DNA of 64,000 nucleotides from Octopus bimaculoides (Eukaryota). The translations under genes were made by a program, and so were the position numbers. Shown here in pieces: positions 63,401 through 64,000 of this stretch. Location of the stretch: contig NC_068994.1 in assembly GCF_001194135.2 (NCBI RefSeq), forward strand, positions 50,957,328 to 51,021,327, read 5' to 3'. Positions within the stretch are counted from its first letter, which is position 1; the number at the start of each line of letters is the position of its first letter. A model generated the notes under the pieces. It was not told where the DNA came from. It did not search any database and was given only the letters and a program-made list of their open reading frames with translations.

Positions 63401-63492
63401 CTTTGAAATCAATGTCGTCACTAAATTTTACAGACTTTTTGTTGTTTCTGTCTTCTTTCTTTGATTTATCTTTCAGGACAGGTTGTAGAAAC
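41070..63492 (-). CDS. NOP14: NOP14 nucleolar protein 14 (SSU processome / 40S biogenesis), 3' 14 exons, about 600 aa visible; gene continues beyond the window
   Basis: Fourteen exons join in frame via GT-AG sites (1804 nt including stop). Motifs ELPFVFK-VPKSYEAL, ERMVKCNHPSLGDGNKTKLE, FPGLDTLLLLK..LYPASDFRH, SKRYIPEVMNFL, LPSFAAIFQP, LQLFQPKI, KQESKGAIREIKKDAQFLAK and ERKRKVKALYSFMETQEADYKKMKR correspond to the known NOP14 C-terminal half. Confidence 0.96.
41235..41365. mobile_element. Two pogo/Tigger-like terminal fragments in the last NOP14 intron
   Basis: TA|CAGTAATTCCTTGCCATATCGTGGTTCACCTATTGCGG (41235) and TA|CCGTAAATCCTCAAGTATAGTCCGCA (41337). Confidence 0.45.
41615..41773 (-). CDS. 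NOP14: NOP14 exon KEGYRKKSTGSAEENERKKLLYKVKQESKGAIREIKKDAQFLAKHQLEEQKMR
   Basis: CAG acceptor, GTAAGC donor, phases 2/2. Confidence 0.96.
43775..45270 (-). mobile_element. Cluster of four same-orientation SINE A copies (about 43775-43975, 44255-44466, 44845-45050, 45066-45270) around NOP14 exon 44682-44806
   Basis: Repeated GGCACAAGGCCTGAAATTT...GGATGAAAGGCAAAGT...GAATTTGAACTCAGAA...GCCAGCTCACC. Confidence 0.8.
44682..44806 (-). CDS. NOP14: NOP14 exon EQISKLMQDISAAGEASHSALVQKIKKKTISLQLFQPKIEQV (not in ORF track)
   Basis: TAG acceptor, GTAAGC donor, phases 0/2. Confidence 0.92.
47290..47500. repeat. Diverged about 23-bp GT-rich minisatellite (GTTTGGTAGTGGCAGTTGTGGTG)
   Basis: Several imperfect tandem copies. 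Confidence 0.7.
48525..48774 (+). mobile_element. RTE LINE 3' UTR fragment with (GAT)n tail
   Basis: CACCCACTACACTCTC...GGAAGGGCATCCAGCTGTAGAAAC...CCAACCCATGCTAGCATGGAAAGCGGACGTTAAA-(GAT)n, shared with the other copies. Confidence 0.85.
49337..49705 (-). mobile_element. tRNA-derived SINE family B, young full-length copy
   Basis: Close match to the 9485 copy, with CpGs retained. Confidence 0.88.
49891..50035 (-). CDS. NOP14: NOP14 exon RLSAIHVAVGLLKEFSTLYSGLPSFAAIFQPITTQLNKLPTEKYPPVIQ
   Basis: CAG acceptor, GTAACT donor, phases 2/0. Confidence 0.94.
50676..51028 (-). mobile_element. tRNA-derived SINE family B, diverged
   Basis: Same head, body and tail motifs. Confidence 0.75.
52105..52985 (-). 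mobile_element. RTE LINE copy: RT-domain fragment joined directly to the 3' end
   Basis: QEKYLAKDKPLYLAFVDMEKAFDRVPRSLIWWSMRKLG...GVHQGSVLSPLLFI at 52690-52950, followed by the 3' UTR and (GAT)n tail. Confidence 0.88.
53017..53196 (-). CDS. NOP14: NOP14 exon SENVKPLKLSWLLIRDSNQMTKTLRNKSKKSEDNNDSDDKDEDDLINKLEDTTSLDCNEF (not in ORF track)
   Basis: TAG acceptor, GTAAAA donor, 180 nt, phases 2/2; open frame linking the flanking exons. Confidence 0.87.
53373..53733 (+). mobile_element. tRNA-derived SINE family B
   Basis: Inverted relative to the 49337 and 50676 copies. Confidence 0.82.
54021..54099 (-). CDS. NOP14: NOP14 exon KSVVFLPPFQISTCPQGLLRISEQAQ (not in ORF track)
   Basis: CAG acceptor, GTAAAT donor, phases 1/2; PPF motif at the expected position. 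Confidence 0.87.
54150..54374 (-). mobile_element. RTE LINE 3' end (runs into gap)
   Basis: Near-identical to 31829-32080. Confidence 0.88.
54940..55530 (+). mobile_element. Three tandem SINE A copies
   Basis: Repeated ATGCTTAGCGGTATTTC...GAGTTCAAATTCTGC...CATCCTTTC...AAGTACCAG, joined by A or ATT tracts. Confidence 0.8.
55700..55790 (-). CDS. NOP14: NOP14 exon CVSMSKRYIPEVMNFLYAVLTLATVEPSNT
   Basis: CAG acceptor, GTAAGT donor, phases 0/1. Confidence 0.94.
55880..56100. mobile_element. piggyBac-type MITE, diverged copy
   Basis: TTAATCTTTTAGCATTCAG...AAATACTAAAAGATTGAA; internal sequence is the reverse complement of the 15881 copy. Confidence 0.65.
56214..56276 (-). CDS. NOP14: NOP14 exon CLISCERDVAAGLFISTILLQ (not in ORF track)
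   Basis: CAG acceptor, GTAAGC donor, 63 nt; fills the expected CPI.S..DV..GLF.C segment. Confidence 0.9.
56524..57243 (+). mobile_element. RTE LINE 3' part (gap 56778-57189)
   Basis: LREKLNIRSISCGVQERRLRWYGHVVRMDEDSCVKKCHTLTVEGTRGRGRPRKTWAEVVRQDLRTLG; (GAT)n tail after the gap. Confidence 0.9.
57556..57597 (+). ncRNA. Degenerate hammerhead motif in a Penelope-like terminal-repeat fragment
   Basis: CAC-CAGATGA-A-GGGTG...CAGCC-GAAA-CGT-T-GTG; core U4A and one mismatch in stem II. Confidence 0.4.
57829..57930 (-). CDS. NOP14: NOP14 exon LLLLKLIPILYPASDFRHFVCTPAMIFMSQILSQ
   Basis: TAG acceptor, GTGAGT donor, phases 0/0. Confidence 0.95.
59473..59670 (-). CDS. NOP14: NOP14 exon KLFTFVLTFYMDV...LGKTFPGLDT
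   Basis: CAG acceptor, GTAAG donor, 198 nt, phases 0/0. Confidence 0.93.
59860..60152 (+). mobile_element. RTE LINE 3' UTR, more diverged copy
   Basis: Same 3' UTR motifs and (GAT)n tail. Confidence 0.8.
60536..60570 (-). ncRNA. Minimal hammerhead motif, same family as 39925
   Basis: Reverse complement GTTT-CCGAAGA-A-GAGC-TAT-GCTC-GAAA-CGT-A-AAGC. Flanks (ttggacattcctgttt...ttcctt) are shared with the 39.9-kb copy. Confidence 0.55.
60760..60890 (-). CDS. NOP14: NOP14 exon VPKSYEALKTELDGRSANDQITIIERMVKCNHPSLGDGNKTKLE
   Basis: CAG acceptor, GTATGT donor, phases 1/0. Confidence 0.95.
61085..61315 (-). mobile_element. SINE A variant with alternative 3' tail (TTTGTCCCCTCTGTGTGTAGCCCCCGTGTGGGCAGTAAAGAAATAAG)
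   Basis: Head and body match family A; the tail differs. Confidence 0.8.
61656..61710 (-). CDS. NOP14: NOP14 exon KMSEISEKAKKELPFVFK
   Basis: CAG acceptor, GTAAA donor, phases 0/1; ELPF motif. Confidence 0.9.
62565..62716 (-). CDS. NOP14: NOP14 exon (acidic: DDDDDD...KKDGDDNAKADKSKEVAGNSEKNEDRMTDKKDEDDEEADAK)
   Basis: TAG acceptor, GTAAG donor, phases 1/0. Confidence 0.88.
63275..63492 (-). CDS. NOP14: NOP14 exon (acidic region: FLQPVLKDKSKKEDRNNKKSVKFSDDIDFKDDEEEKEDD...KHYS)
   Basis: CAG acceptor (63493-63495), GTAAGT donor, phases 2/1. An alternative acceptor at 63519 introduces an in-frame TGA. Confidence 0.85.
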
Positions 63493-64000
63493 CTGGATCA
63501 CGACGAAAAAAAAGGAAACCTGACAAGATTTGAACTCATCATCATTACCCTTATTGTTTTAATGCCTACACAATGGGACTAAACCTGGAACCAAGTGGTT
63601 GGAAAGCAAATTTCTTATCTACACAGATGCACCTGTATGTGTGTGTGTATGCACACACACACACACTCACTTAGTTATCATTCAGCTAGTGTTAGGAATA
63701 TAAATTGTGACTAAGGTTTGGTGGAAAATTTTAATTCAAAACTTATAGAAACAAGACATTTGTACTCAGAGCCAGAGCCGGTTTCAGCCAGGTTGGTTAC
63801 TGCAGCTATTCCTCAACATATAACATTATAAATTCTCATTTCCAACAGAAACATTAGATGATCTTAAGAGCAAATGAGAGCTGCTCAGCATTGCAAGCAA
63901 AACAACCAAAGAAAGAATTTTCAAGAGAAAGATCAAGTAAATACAGAAAACCCATTTCTACTCACTGTTCATCTCCAAGAGCATCAGCTGATATAAATTG

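Overview
Gap-rich, AT- and microsatellite-rich eukaryotic genomic DNA. The SINE/RTE repeat families and gene structure suggest a coleoid cephalopod, probably Octopus; this is an inference. Two convergent (tail-to-tail) housekeeping genes are present. The last three coding exons of MAEA (CTLH/GID E3 ligase RING subunit) lie on + at 22164-24326. The last 14 coding exons of NOP14 (about 600 aa visible, 5' part outside the window) lie on - at 41070-63492. All 17 exons were phased by hand through canonical splice sites, except the first MAEA exon, whose acceptor lies in a gap. The rest is intronic or intergenic and full of tRNA-derived SINEs, RTE LINE 3' ends, an R4/Dong-like REL-endonuclease LINE remnant, piggyBac-, hAT- and Tc1/pogo-type MITEs or fragments, and microsatellites. 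The most notable extras are: a U12-type minor intron in MAEA; five hammerhead-ribozyme-like motifs, one with a full-length extended fold at 1581-1639; a 649-bp TIR element with an 8-bp TSD carrying internal telomeric CCCTAA repeats; a 45-bp hairpin-unit array downstream of MAEA; a LINE C-terminus with tandem C2H2 fingers; and a CpG-retaining intergenic domain. Most ORFs in the supplied track are artefacts of N-gaps or microsatellites.
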